A stretch of DNA of 64,000 bases from an uncultured virus (IMG/VR IMGVR_UViG_3300042556_001362). Taxonomy: Duplodnaviria > Heunggongvirae > Uroviricota > Caudoviricetes. The notes under the pieces are model-generated. The model saw only the letters and a program-made list of their open reading frames with translations, was not told where the DNA came from and did not search any database. The stretch lies in the IMG/VR virus record IMGVR_UViG_3300042556_001362; one strand, given 5' to 3'. Shown piece after piece: positions 9,442-19,373 of this stretch. Position 1 is the stretch's first letter. Each line of letters opens with the position of its first letter. The translations under genes and the position numbers were made by a program.

Positions 9442-10447
9442 TGCTCAACTTATCTTTTAATTGTTGCTGTAAATCTAGATCTTCTTTTATTCTATTAACT
9501 ATTCCATCTCTTCCTTGAACCTTAGTTCCATCATCTAGTTGATACCAAGCACCAGTTCTATTTAATAAACCAACAGACTCTGCTGTGTCAACAAGATCTC
9601 CAATAGCATCAATGCCAATGTTATCTCCACGGAAATAAAAATCGTATTCTCCTGATTGAAATCCTGGAGATGTTTTAGAAAATTGTAGTTCCCAACGAAT
9701 CTTTCTTCCTATCTTTTCTTCAATTAATTTATCTCCAATTTTTATCTTACCTTTAATTGCCTGATTGTCAGACTCTGAAGAAAATAACTTAACAATACAA
9801 GAAGAGTAAAACTTAGTAGCCTGTCCGCCAGATGGTTGCTGGCTAGTATACATAGCACTAATGTTATTTCTTGATTGAGAAATAAGAACAAGTAAAGTAG
9901 GTTTTACCTTGTTGTTAGCGTAGTTTAACATTTTCCAAGCATTGCTAAAGTCTCTAGACTCTGCACCAATTTGTTTGGTGTTTTCAAGAGCCTTCATTTC
10001 ATCTGTATCTTTTTCAAAATAAATTGCGGGTAGCATAGAAGTAATAGAGTCAATTACAATCAAATCAACTCCAGCATTCATAAGACCAACGCCAACATCT
10101 ACCATATCGCTAATAGTTCTTGCTTGTGAGTAGATTAATTTAGTGGGGTCTACTCCTAACTGCCGTGCCCAATCCTCAGAATAAGACATCTCAGAATCAA
10201 TCCATGCACAAACTTTGCCCTCTTTTTGTGCCAAAGCAATCATTTGTAAACACATTGATGATTTTGCTGAAGACTTGCTTCCCCAGATTAATACTTGTCT
10301 GCCATATGGTAGTCCTCCACCCAGTGCACGATTTAATCCAAAACTTGGAGTTGGTTGATACTCAAATGTAATACCTTCTCCTGTACCTAAACGCTTACGT
10401 ATTCTTGGGTCTAACTGTGACAATACGTCCTCTACACTAACTGACAT
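9434..10447 (-). CDS. recA: RecA/UvsX-like recombinase
   Basis: LNRALGGGLPYGR, variant Walker A GSKSSAKS, WIDSE, IVIDSI, SGGQATKFYSS, GAWY. Confidence 0.9.
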   Translation of the reverse strand: MSVSVEDVLSQLDPRIRKRLGTGEGITFEYQPTPSFGLNRALGGGLPYGRQVLIWGSKSSAKSSMCLQMIALAQKEGKVCAWIDSEMSYSEDWARQLGVDPTKLIYSQARTISDMVDVGVGLMNAGVDLIVIDSITSMLPAIYFEKDTDEMKALENTKQIGAESRDFSNAWKMLNYANNKVKPTLLVLISQSRNNISAMYTSQQPSGGQATKFYSSCIVKLFSSESDNQAIKGKIKIGDKLIEEKIGRKIRWELQFSKTSPGFQSGEYDFYFRGDNIGIDAIGDLVDTAESVGLLNRTGAWYQLDDGTKVQGRDGIVNRIKEDLDLQQQLKDKLSNV

Positions 10448-13400
10448 TTACATCCTCCATTATAACTGTTCCATCTTTAGTTTTACCGAAACTAAACCTA
10501 TATGCCTTGCCTTCTTCTATATGCATGTATGCTTTTGGAAATGCTGTTGGAAATACCGTAACAGAATGCAAGTCTCTTGAAGTGTCTGCTAAAGTAAGTG
10601 AAGCCATTTTTTTACCAGCCTTTGTAGTTCTTGGTTTAAAAGAAACAACAAACATTTCTTCTTCTGTGTAAGGTAATTGTTTGTAACTTAAAAATCTTAC
10701 AAGAGCGTTTGGAGATCCTTTTATTTCATCAACAGGAACTGCAGAAACAATCCTGTTATCATTAGCAAGAACCAAGTAAGTACGACCCGTCTCAATAGTT
10801 GTTGCTTCATCATCAAATATGCCAACAGACCCAGTTTTGTCCAAAATTTCAACTCTTGACCATCCTTTTCCTCGTTTGATTGCTTTAGCCATTCCTAATA
10901 AAATAAAAGAACCCTTTTCTTCAAAGTCACAAACCTCTTGAATAAATGCATAATAGTGTGAAGGAATTGAAATATTAAACTCTGGAAGGTTTAGATATTC
11001 ATAAATGTTTTCTTTAATTTCTGTATCATTTCTAGGATTATCTGAAAAGGTTGCTGCACCCACTAAACGCATTGCTGTTAAAGCACGACTATTTACCCCA
11101 TTACCTTTTGTAAAAGTAAACTCTTCTAACTCTTTATAGGTTTTAAAAGGTCTTGCTGCCATGTATTTGTTTGCAATGTTATTAGATATATATTTAATAC
11201 TAGTTAGTCCAAACCTTATTCCTTTACCCTCAATTTTAAAATCTAAGTCAGAGTCATTAATGTGTGGAAGTTTAATTGATATGCCCATGCGCTTTGCTTC
11301 AATTAAATACTCTGTACGACCATCTTTATCTTTCTCATTTTTGAGAAGGGCAAACATAAACTCAAGTGGATAATAATACTTTAGCCACGCCGTCCAATAC
11401 GAGAGCGTAGAATAAGCAACCGCATGAGATTTGTTGAACGAGTATCCCGCATGCGCTTCAAAGTCATGCCATAAATCACGAGCCTGATTGGGAGCAATAT
11501 AGGCAGAAGCACCAGCAATAAACCGTTCTTTATAAGTATCGAACTCTTTGGCGTCTTTCTTTTTTCCAATGATTTTTCTAACTTTATCTGCTTCAGACAT
11601 GGACATCTGTCCAAGGTGTACGCATGCTTGCATAACCTGCTCTTGGTAAAGAATGCAACCATAGGTGTCCTCCGTGTAAGGCTTTAAGATCTGATGTAGA
11701 TATGATACAGCCTGTTTACCATGCTTACGAGCAACATAGTCTTTGCCAATAGTATTCATTGCTCCTGGACGAACAAGAGCATTTGATGCTGCAAGTTCAT
11801 TAAAGTTTTTTACACCCATTTTAACTAAAAGGTTTGTGTATGGTGTTGCTTCACATTGGAATACGCCCTTTGTATACCCGTCTGAAAGCATTTCGTATAC
11901 TTTTGAATCTGTTAAATCTAAAGACAATAAATCTATTTCCTTATAATGATTTTCTTTTATCATTGCTATTGCATCTTGAATAACACTTAATGTTTTTAAA
12001 CCAAGCGCATCAATTTTAATAAGACCAATTTTTTCAGCCTCTTCCATGTCAACACCAACCACAGGTATGCGATCATCGGATCCAGGAGAAGAGCGAGTTT
12101 CCAATGGCGCAAACCTAAAGATTGGATCCTTACTAGTAACCACGCCAGCAGCATGAATGCCAGTGCCCCTAATACGGCCTCGTAATTGTTCCCCATAAAT
12201 TTCTACCTCTGGATATTTCTCTCTAAACCATTCTGTGGTTTTTGATCTACAAAACTCATCCCAAGTATCAACTAATTTTAAAACCTTGTTGACATCTGTT
12301 AATGGAATATCTAATACTCTTGCAACATCTCTTACAACACCTTTATCTTTAAATTCTAAAAAGGTTGCAATGGAAGCAACGTGTCTATATTGTCTAACCA
12401 AATAATCTTTTACTTCATCACGACGTGTATCTTGAATATCTGTATCAATGTCAGGAAAGTCATTACGATCTGGATTAATAAAACGGAAAAACAGTAAACC
12501 ATGCTTTATTGGATCAACTGTTGTAATACCAAGTAAGTAACACACTAGAGAGCCAGCAGATGATCCACGACCTGGACCAACAAGAATTCCTTCTTTCTTT
12601 GCCCAATTAATCATATTGCTAACCACCAAAAAATAAGGTGCAAACTTCTTATTACGAATAATTTCTAATTCTTCTACAAGCCTTTGCTCATAGACATCAT
12701 TGCCAAGCCAATTATTAGTAAGCCTGTATTTTTCAAGTCCTGCAAGTGCTAGGTTTGACAACTCTTGATCTGGATTTTTATATTGAACTGGAAGAAGATT
12801 TAATCCATCTTGAATGTTATATTCTTCTACCGTATCTGCTAATAGCAGTGTATTTGAGTATATGTCTTCTCTATCAATACCCTGTTTTTGCATGTCTGCT
12901 TTAATTTCTTCATAAGACATTAAGTGAATATTGAACTTATTAAATGTTATATTACGGTCAGCGCCGTAAAGGTAGTCAAGTCTTTCCATCATATCTTTTT
13001 TCTTTTTAGACTTTTCGTATGATGACTCTTTGTCAATTTTTGCATGTGTATTTAAAAGTAATTTAAATTCTTGTATCTCTCTTTGAGATGTATCTGAATG
13101 ATGACAATCTGGAGTTACAACAGCCTTTATGTTAAACTCATCTGCAAGTTCAAGTAAATATTTATTTATTTCAGGAGTGTTATGTGGCATTACCTCAATG
13201 TAATAATCGCTACCAAAATTATCTTTAAACCATTTTATATGTTTTTTAGCAAGAGCAAATTCTTGTTCTTCTAACGCTTTAACTAAAACGCTGCTTGGGC
13301 AGGCAGAGGTTACAATAATACCTTCTTTATATTTTTGCAATATTTCAAAGTCAAACCTTGGCTTCTTAAAAAATCCATCTGTCCATGCAATTTCACTAAT

Positions 13401-13724
13401 CTTATTAAGATTTTCTAAACCTTTTTGGTTCTTGGCTAGAAGGATAATGTGATTATAGACAAGATCTTGTTGACTTTCTCTTTCAGACTTATCTCTTTTA
13501 TCAGATATGTCTGCACACATGTATCCTTCTAAACCAAGGATAGGCTTTACATTATTTGCTTTTGCAATACGGTGCAGTTCCCTATGCCCAGATAAAGTAC
13601 CGTGGTCGGTGATAGCAATTGCTGGCATCCCCAACTCAACTGCACGGTTCACGTATTCTTCTGGAGTAGCAACACCATCGAATAACGAATAGTGTGTATG
13701 TAAATGTAAGCCTACGTAGTTCAT
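10437..13724 (-). CDS. dnaE: DNA polymerase III alpha subunit
   Basis: PHP HLHTHYS/TDHG, GPGRGSSAGSL, PDIDTD, GIHAAG, KIDALGL, YSFNKSHAVAYS, OB folds. Confidence 0.97.
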   Translation of the reverse strand: MNYVGLHLHTHYSLFDGVATPEEYVNRAVELGMPAIAITDHGTLSGHRELHRIAKANNVKPILGLEGYMCADISDKRDKSERESQQDLVYNHIILLAKNQKGLENLNKISEIAWTDGFFKKPRFDFEILQKYKEGIIVTSACPSSVLVKALEEQEFALAKKHIKWFKDNFGSDYYIEVMPHNTPEINKYLLELADEFNIKAVVTPDCHHSDTSQREIQEFKLLLNTHAKIDKESSYEKSKKKKDMMERLDYLYGADRNITFNKFNIHLMSYEEIKADMQKQGIDREDIYSNTLLLADTVEEYNIQDGLNLLPVQYKNPDQELSNLALAGLEKYRLTNNWLGNDVYEQRLVEELEIIRNKKFAPYFLVVSNMINWAKKEGILVGPGRGSSAGSLVCYLLGITTVDPIKHGLLFFRFINPDRNDFPDIDTDIQDTRRDEVKDYLVRQYRHVASIATFLEFKDKGVVRDVARVLDIPLTDVNKVLKLVDTWDEFCRSKTTEWFREKYPEVEIYGEQLRGRIRGTGIHAAGVVTSKDPIFRFAPLETRSSPGSDDRIPVVGVDMEEAEKIGLIKIDALGLKTLSVIQDAIAMIKENHYKEIDLLSLDLTDSKVYEMLSDGYTKGVFQCEATPYTNLLVKMGVKNFNELAASNALVRPGAMNTIGKDYVARKHGKQAVSYLHQILKPYTEDTYGCILYQEQVMQACVHLGQMSMSEADKVRKIIGKKKDAKEFDTYKERFIAGASAYIAPNQARDLWHDFEAHAGYSFNKSHAVAYSTLSYWTAWLKYYYPLEFMFALLKNEKDKDGRTEYLIEAKRMGISIKLPHINDSDLDFKIEGKGIRFGLTSIKYISNNIANKYMAARPFKTYKELEEFTFTKGNGVNSRALTAMRLVGAATFSDNPRNDTEIKENIYEYLNLPEFNISIPSHYYAFIQEVCDFEEKGSFILLGMAKAIKRGKGWSRVEILDKTGSVGIFDDEATTIETGRTYLVLANDNRIVSAVPVDEIKGSPNALVRFLSYKQLPYTEEEMFVVSFKPRTTKAGKKMASLTLADTSRDLHSVTVFPTAFPKAYMHIEEGKAYRFSFGKTKDGTVIMEDVNVS

Positions 13725-13725
13725 C

Positions 13726-14382
13726 TTACCAATCTACGTTGGTAGCAGATGAAGATGTTGGACCGTCAAAGCCTAAGTAAAATGCTTCTTGTTCAGCATA
13801 AGGAATTTTCTTTAATGCTAACTCAAGAGGATAAGGCTTGTATGCTGACCAGTCAAATGGTTCTGTGTCTGGTGCACTAGGAATAGTTGTGTAACTTGTT
13901 TCAGTACCCTGACCGTTACGCTTTACTTTCCAGACTACGTTTGAGATACTGCCAGTTTCTAAGGCATACTCACGAATTGTATTAAATGCTGATTGCTTGC
14001 TAACACCCATTGACCAAATAGCCACATAGGGTGGTTCAATGCCATCGTCGACTAAAACGTTGCAATAAAAACGAAGACGTGCTCTCCAGCCAGCCTTTGG
14101 ATCTTTTCTGTGCATTTCTTCTGCCCAGTCACGACCTTCTGATTCCATTGTATCTACAGCCTTACGTTTGTAGTCTTTTGGATTTGTATGTTCTTTAACA
14201 ACTAGAGCAAGACCACGATCTGCATTGTAGTTCGCAGAGTCTTCGTCTAACTCTTCAACAAAGCGCATCTTTGCTGATTGACCATCGGCAAGTTTTAACC
14301 ATCTTACCTTTGGTGAGTTTTCATCATATTTTGGTTTGTCGAGCAGGGCATTTATATTTTTAAGTCCCTTTATAACGCTCAT
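13726..14382 (-). CDS. Single-stranded DNA-binding protein (gp32-like)
   Basis: WLKLADGQSAKMRF, KVKRNGQGTETSY, C-terminus VDW; lies between primase and polymerase. Confidence 0.7.
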   Translation of the reverse strand: MSVIKGLKNINALLDKPKYDENSPKVRWLKLADGQSAKMRFVEELDEDSANYNADRGLALVVKEHTNPKDYKRKAVDTMESEGRDWAEEMHRKDPKAGWRARLRFYCNVLVDDGIEPPYVAIWSMGVSKQSAFNTIREYALETGSISNVVWKVKRNGQGTETSYTTIPSAPDTEPFDWSAYKPYPLELALKKIPYAEQEAFYLGFDGPTSSSATNVDW

Positions 14383-14407
14383 ATTTTTTCTCCTTCGATT
14401 TGTTATT

Positions 14408-15328
14408 TTAGTTTAACATAGAAGATATAGATTTGTCAAATTGAAACTCAAGGCTTCTAATTGCATTATCATCCATATCGCCTATATCTTTATATTTTTT
14501 ATCTATATTTACTACGCTGACTAATGAGCCAAGTTTTTCAACTAACTTATCTATCATTATTGCGCCAGCCTCGTCATTATCTGCAACAAGCACAACATTA
14601 TTGAAGTACTTTTCTAATAACTTAATCTGCGATGCAGATACGTTAGCGCCCAGCGTTGCAACTGCTGGGAATCCTACTTGGTCTAGTCTTATAGCATCAA
14701 AAGATGATTCAACTACATACACAATGCTAGATGCTTTCACTCTATGTAAATTAAATAGTGTCTTACCTTTTGGAAGTCCTGGAGTATTCTTAAACTCTTT
14801 ACCCTCTACAGATCTACCAACAAAACCAAGAGTTAATCCATCTGGAGAATGAACAGGAATAGTTACCATATCTTGTTTTTCTGAATAGCCAAGTACAAAT
14901 TTTTTAACTGAACCTTCTGTTATAGATCTGCTAGTATAATATCTAATTGCTCTTGGTGATTCAAGTGCTTGATTATTTAATCGTTTAATTAATACTTCGT
15001 CGTATTGAACAAAGTCTGGTGCAGCATACATTGTTTTATTAATTACACTCTCAATATTTGTTTCTGTTTGTTTGCTTTTTATATATCGTGCTGCCTCAAA
15101 ATAAGTTCTACCAGTTATAAACATAACAAATTCTTCAAGATTTTTTGTGGTTTGACATCCAAAACAAAAGAACAAGCCGCTATCTTTTGCAACCTCTGCA
15201 GCAGGAGTTCTTGTGTTATTGTGATATGGACAATAAATAATAAAGTCATTACCAAACTCTGCCTCTATGTCAATACCCGCACCATTAAGAACACGAAGAA
15301 TTTGTTGCTCTGTATAAATATTATTCAT
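14408..15328 (-). CDS. dnaG: DNA primase
   Basis: Zn finger CPYH...CFGC, FVGR, TOPRIM VVESSFDA and DND; likely start MNNI at 15328. Confidence 0.9.
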   Translation of the reverse strand: MNNIYTEQQILRVLNGAGIDIEAEFGNDFIIYCPYHNNTRTPAAEVAKDSGLFFCFGCQTTKNLEEFVMFITGRTYFEAARYIKSKQTETNIESVINKTMYAAPDFVQYDEVLIKRLNNQALESPRAIRYYTSRSITEGSVKKFVLGYSEKQDMVTIPVHSPDGLTLGFVGRSVEGKEFKNTPGLPKGKTLFNLHRVKASSIVYVVESSFDAIRLDQVGFPAVATLGANVSASQIKLLEKYFNNVVLVADNDEAGAIMIDKLVEKLGSLVSVVNIDKKYKDIGDMDDNAIRSLEFQFDKSISSMLN

Positions 15329-16049
15329 ATTTTTTACTTGTCCAATAGTTATGCTTATAAAATCTTTCAAATTTAGAATTTACATTGTCAGCACTAATTA
15401 AAATATTTTTTTTACTAAAATTGTTTAATTTTGTAATCCAAGAATCTCTTTTAATTGGAATAATTTGAACAATTGGAGTTCCTTTTTCTATAATACCCTC
15501 AAAACCATTTTTAATAAAAAATGGAAATAATAATTTATTTGGATGTTTATCTGTATCTACAAACCCATTTAATGTAAAAAATGGAAGATCGTATCTGTGA
15601 GAAGGATGAGTTACCCATAAACTATAACCTGCAGGAGTTTTTATAATCCACTCTGGATTCCACCTATAAAGTTGTGGGAAAAATCCCTCTGGTGATGGAT
15701 AGTTTCCAAGTACCTCTAGTGATTGTGTATCTGCAATTTCAAAACTAACATTCCAAGAAATATGAGGGCTGTATCCTTCTGATGATTTGTTAACAACAAT
15801 AATGTCTGCTGGCAATGTAATCATATAACCAGAAGTAATTGAGTCAACTAGCGGAGTGCACATTTTATAGGTTTGTACAAAAAGAGATTTTTTAAAAGCA
15901 TTAAAATATTTATTTTCATTGTTAGAATAAAGTTTTTGTTTTTTATACCAATTAGGAACATGCCTATATCCTGGGCTTGGATGATCTGCTACTAGTTCAA
16001 TATTTTCAAGATATGGTTGAAAGATAATCTTTTTCTTTTTATTAAACAT
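15321..16049 (-). CDS. DUF6065/dUTPase-fold-like protein (paralog of 53852-54619)
   Basis: VPNWYK, TYKMCTP..D..TSGY, WIIKTPAGYS, DLPF, GFVDTD, KGTPIVQIIPIKRDSW. Confidence 0.6.
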   Translation of the reverse strand: MFNKKKKIIFQPYLENIELVADHPSPGYRHVPNWYKKQKLYSNNENKYFNAFKKSLFVQTYKMCTPLVDSITSGYMITLPADIIVVNKSSEGYSPHISWNVSFEIADTQSLEVLGNYPSPEGFFPQLYRWNPEWIIKTPAGYSLWVTHPSHRYDLPFFTLNGFVDTDKHPNKLLFPFFIKNGFEGIIEKGTPIVQIIPIKRDSWITKLNNFSKKNILISADNVNSKFERFYKHNYWTSKKYE

Positions 16050-17269
16050 TATTTATCCTCATAGTCTTTATATCTATAGTAACCTTTGTCAAAATCTACC
16101 TGCACTAAAAAATCTCCCATAAAACCATTTCTATTTTTTCTAAATACACACTCAATAATATCACTATTGGTAGCACGACCTAATGCCATTACCCAGTCAG
16201 CATCATAAGCAATCTGTCTAGACCATGCTGTTTGACCAAGTGTTGGAGCGCTACTTAAATCTTTTACATCATCAGGTGTAGCGGATGAAATAGCAATAAT
16301 AGGAACTTCTTCGCCAATAGCCATAAGTTTAAGTTCTCTTGAAAGGTTTTTCATACGTACCGTTTCATTATCCGATTTTTGGTTTGGAGACATAAGTTGC
16401 AGGTAGTCAACAATAACAAAGTCTGGTTTGTATTGATCAATCTTTCCACGAACTACAGATGGGTTTACCTCTCCACCATTATCGTTTGAGATAATATGAA
16501 ACTCTGGCCTACCTGCTATTTTGTTAGCATGCCAATTCTTTAGCATATCAAGTTCTACTTCGCCATTGCTTAGTTTACGATGAGACCAAAGACCTTCACC
16601 CATAATTGCAAATACACGATTACGAACCTCTGTCTCAGACATTTCAAGAGATATGACTAATGGAGATTTACCCTGTTTCCATGCTTGGACTGCAAAGTAA
16701 AGTGCTAGCCATGATTTACCAATTCCAGGATAAGCCAAAAAGACACCTAGTTGTCCTGGCATAATTCCAGAAGGTAGGTAGTTGTCAAATCCTGGCAAAC
16801 CTGTTTTAATTCCAACTTGACCAGTTAATTTTTGCTCTTGAATTTTTTCAAAGTATGCAATGGCAGAATCAAGATCTGTGGCATCAATATCACGTATAGC
16901 AGAAGTGTTTTTCTTTAACTCAGATGTCTTTGTAATAAGACCATTGAGTGCTTCTGTGCCATTTCCAACTTGTACTTCACCTGCTGCAGATCTTAAAATG
17001 TCTTTAAGGCTATCATTTAAATATTCAGTTTGTAATTCTTCAAGATGATGCTTAGTGGCACCAACACCATCTACTGGTTGAAAGTCTCTAAATTTTTCTA
17101 TAACTAAGGATGCTGGCGGTATTGATCCATTATTATCAAAATATAAACGAATAAAGTTCCATACATCACTATGGGTTCTAAGAAGATTTTCTACGTTGGC
17201 TTGCAACAATACATGCATTTGCTTATCTTGTAGTAATGCTGAAATAACTTTTGCTTCTGTATTATTCAC
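16049..17269 (-). CDS. dnaB: Replicative helicase
   Basis: AYPGIGKS, SLEMS, IVDYLQLM, SRELKLMA, YDAD, KNRNG. Confidence 0.93.
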   Translation of the reverse strand: MNNTEAKVISALLQDKQMHVLLQANVENLLRTHSDVWNFIRLYFDNNGSIPPASLVIEKFRDFQPVDGVGATKHHLEELQTEYLNDSLKDILRSAAGEVQVGNGTEALNGLITKTSELKKNTSAIRDIDATDLDSAIAYFEKIQEQKLTGQVGIKTGLPGFDNYLPSGIMPGQLGVFLAYPGIGKSWLALYFAVQAWKQGKSPLVISLEMSETEVRNRVFAIMGEGLWSHRKLSNGEVELDMLKNWHANKIAGRPEFHIISNDNGGEVNPSVVRGKIDQYKPDFVIVDYLQLMSPNQKSDNETVRMKNLSRELKLMAIGEEVPIIAISSATPDDVKDLSSAPTLGQTAWSRQIAYDADWVMALGRATNSDIIECVFRKNRNGFMGDFLVQVDFDKGYYRYKDYEDK

Positions 17270-17570
17270 TAAGCCACCTTCTTGCTAATTTCCTGCGCTC
17301 TGTTCTTTCTTTAATATCTTTTTCTACATCTATTTTACCATTAAGAATTTTTTCTGCATTATAAGCAAAATAGTTCCAACTTGGATCTTGTGCAACAGTA
17401 AAATAATACTCTAGTAAATCGTAACAACCAGAAATGCCGTAAGATTCTATAAGTGAATCAGCAGACCATTGCTCTACGTTTAAGTTTAAAGATGGCTTTT
17501 GCTCGTATTTTGCTGTGTGCAATTTACTATACCTACTAAGCAAAGCCATACGGTCTTTGCGATCAGCCAT
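17262..17570 (-). CDS. Hypothetical protein
   Basis: 102 aa ORF overlapping the helicase start. Confidence 0.6.
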   Translation of the reverse strand: MADRKDRMALLSRYSKLHTAKYEQKPSLNLNVEQWSADSLIESYGISGCYDLLEYYFTVAQDPSWNYFAYNAEKILNGKIDVEKDIKERTERRKLARRWLSE

Positions 17571-17782
17571 TAATTGTCGCTGTCAGCCTCTAGTTGTGCC
17601 TCTTTAATTTTTTCTGTTAGTTTATCTTCAACAAACTTATAGACCCTATCAAAAGCCTGCTCTGTATTTTCACTATCACGTTTAGAATCAACAACCCCAA
17701 GATCAAGTCTTAATGACTGAAAATTTCCTAAATTAAGAGTATATCCAAGCGCTACCGATACTTTTGTATTTTCGTTTTCCAT
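17570..17782 (-). CDS. Hypothetical protein
   Basis: GYTLNLGNFQSLRLD; likely start MENE at 17782 after GGTGGGG. Confidence 0.6.
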   Translation of the reverse strand: MENENTKVSVALGYTLNLGNFQSLRLDLGVVDSKRDSENTEQAFDRVYKFVEDKLTEKIKEAQLEADSDN

Positions 17783-17801
17783 TACCCCACCTTTTCTTGT
17801 T

Positions 17802-18344
17802 TTAAATATTCTCTGACCAGATAGGAATATACCTTCCGTCATCTGTTCTTGTATATGTAAGTATACCTTTTCCCATTCGCCGTGTCAACTCTTGATTAGT
17901 TGGCGTCATGTTATTTGTTACTAGTCCATCTTTTCTTGGTTGCCCCATATGTATAGATGCCAGTATATCACGAATTGCCTGTACCGTGCTTTCTGAATAA
18001 TAAGATCTTATTTGCCATCCCCTTTGACCATTTAGTCTTGACCCTATTGGTGGGGGGATAACTCCTTTTTTCATTAATGTTGGCATATATTTTCTATGAC
18101 GATTAATTAACTTAGCAGTCTCAGCAACGGTATAAGCCTTTTCTCTATTCTTTCTAAAATCTGTACGTAAACAAGTTTCAATTCTATCTTTAGTAATATT
18201 ATACACAGAAACTAATCCAGTAGATCTGGAACTATGATAGAGTCTTACTAAGTCCCCGTTAAGAAACCATATTTTTTTACTTCCCTTTATTACAGAGTCG
18301 TTATTGTAAATTTCGCTCTCAATAATTCCTTTTCCAGTAACCAT
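17802..18344 (-). CDS. HTH (MerR/excisionase-like) DNA-binding protein
   Basis: YTVAETAKLINRHRKYMPTLMKKGVIPPP...RSYYSE. Confidence 0.6.
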   Translation of the reverse strand: MVTGKGIIESEIYNNDSVIKGSKKIWFLNGDLVRLYHSSRSTGLVSVYNITKDRIETCLRTDFRKNREKAYTVAETAKLINRHRKYMPTLMKKGVIPPPIGSRLNGQRGWQIRSYYSESTVQAIRDILASIHMGQPRKDGLVTNNMTPTNQELTRRMGKGILTYTRTDDGRYIPIWSENI

Positions 18345-18481
18345 TTACCCTCTCCGCTTTCCATAGGTGGGTGAAAAAATTTTCTAGTTCCACATCTAAC
18401 GCAATATGTTTCTATGTGTTGAATGCTTGTATATTGTCTGTCAACAAACAATCGCCCACCACATTTTTTACAAAAAAGCAT
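18290..18481 (-). CDS. Zinc-ribbon protein
   Basis: CKKCGG...YCVRCG. Confidence 0.6.
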   Translation of the reverse strand: MLFCKKCGGRLFVDRQYTSIQHIETYCVRCGTRKFFHPPMESGEGKWLLEKELLRAKFTITTL

Positions 18482-18490
18482 AATTAACTT

Positions 18491-18934
18491 TTAGTTTGGA
18501 ATACCAACAGCAATTAAATTAACGGCAAGAGATAGGTTTCCAGATGCTCCAAACCTTACAAACCCATCAACCTTAGACGTAGTTGGTTTTTGTAAAACAA
18601 CTGTAACGTTTTGACCAGCCTCTGTATTTCCAATGTTTAATGCTGTTGCTGTAACTATTGGAGGGAATTTAAAGTCATTCTGGAATGAATAAGTAAATGC
18701 TCTTTCGTTACCCGCACTTACAATACTGTTCGTAAAGATTTCTACATATCCACCAACAACTCTTGCATTTGATGTTTTTATAGTTTCTTTAATTGATGGA
18801 CCATTATCAATGCTTGTAAAATTATATGCTGCAGAAGAAACTTCTGTAGATAAATCATTAATAGTTTTAGCCAACTCATAGATATAAGTAACATCTAATG
18901 GTTGCCCACGCTCTGGTAGCGGTATTTTTGCCAT
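18491..18934 (-). CDS. Putative minor tail protein
   Basis: End of the tail operon; FKFPPIVTAT...NLIAVG, resembling small tail-tip beta domains; SD AGGAGG. Confidence 0.5.
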   Translation of the reverse strand: MAKIPLPERGQPLDVTYIYELAKTINDLSTEVSSAAYNFTSIDNGPSIKETIKTSNARVVGGYVEIFTNSIVSAGNERAFTYSFQNDFKFPPIVTATALNIGNTEAGQNVTVVLQKPTTSKVDGFVRFGASGNLSLAVNLIAVGIPN

Positions 18935-18949
18935 TATTCCTCCTGTTTA

Positions 18950-18958
18950 ATTATACCA
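18950..18958 (-). promoter_or_regulatory. Extended -10 promoter TGGTATAAT
   Basis: Overlaps the stop of 18951-19373 and could drive the downstream replication genes. Confidence 0.55.
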
Positions 18959-19373
18959 AAGAAACTATACTTGATTCAAATATAGTTAATTCAGCATTTC
19001 TTACTTTGTTAATACCTTCAACCTGTATGGCTGCTCTAACATTCGTTGTGCCAGTATTAATAAAACTATACGTGTGAATTGGGGAAGTTCCGTGATATGC
19101 ATAACTTCCTCCATCAAATTTTACAAATATATCATATTTGGGTCTAGTGTTTTCATCTCCCCAAATAACCGTAGAGGTGTTTCCACTAACAATTAATTCA
19201 CCGTCAACTTCTTCAATTTCTAAAGCGGTTGCTGAAAATATTGGAGACCAATGAGAGTATCTGTTTTTATCTTCAGAAATAACCCTATACCTTACTACAT
19301 ATTCGTTATTGTCTCCCACAGGCGGTAATTGATTTTTAGGAATAGTTAATTTTTTAATACCTGCATCAGCCAT
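18951..19373 (-). CDS. Putative minor tail protein
   Basis: Beta-rich ORF (YVVRYRVISEDKNRYSHWSP) in the tail cluster. Confidence 0.5.
   Translation of the reverse strand: MADAGIKKLTIPKNQLPPVGDNNEYVVRYRVISEDKNRYSHWSPIFSATALEIEEVDGELIVSGNTSTVIWGDENTRPKYDIFVKFDGGSYAYHGTSPIHTYSFINTGTTNVRAAIQVEGINKVRNAELTIFESSIVSLV

Noticed and set aside
10437..17269. Inteins or introns in dnaE/dnaB (also checked terL and nrdJ)
   Set aside because: Lengths are normal, motifs are contiguous and no splice signatures were seen
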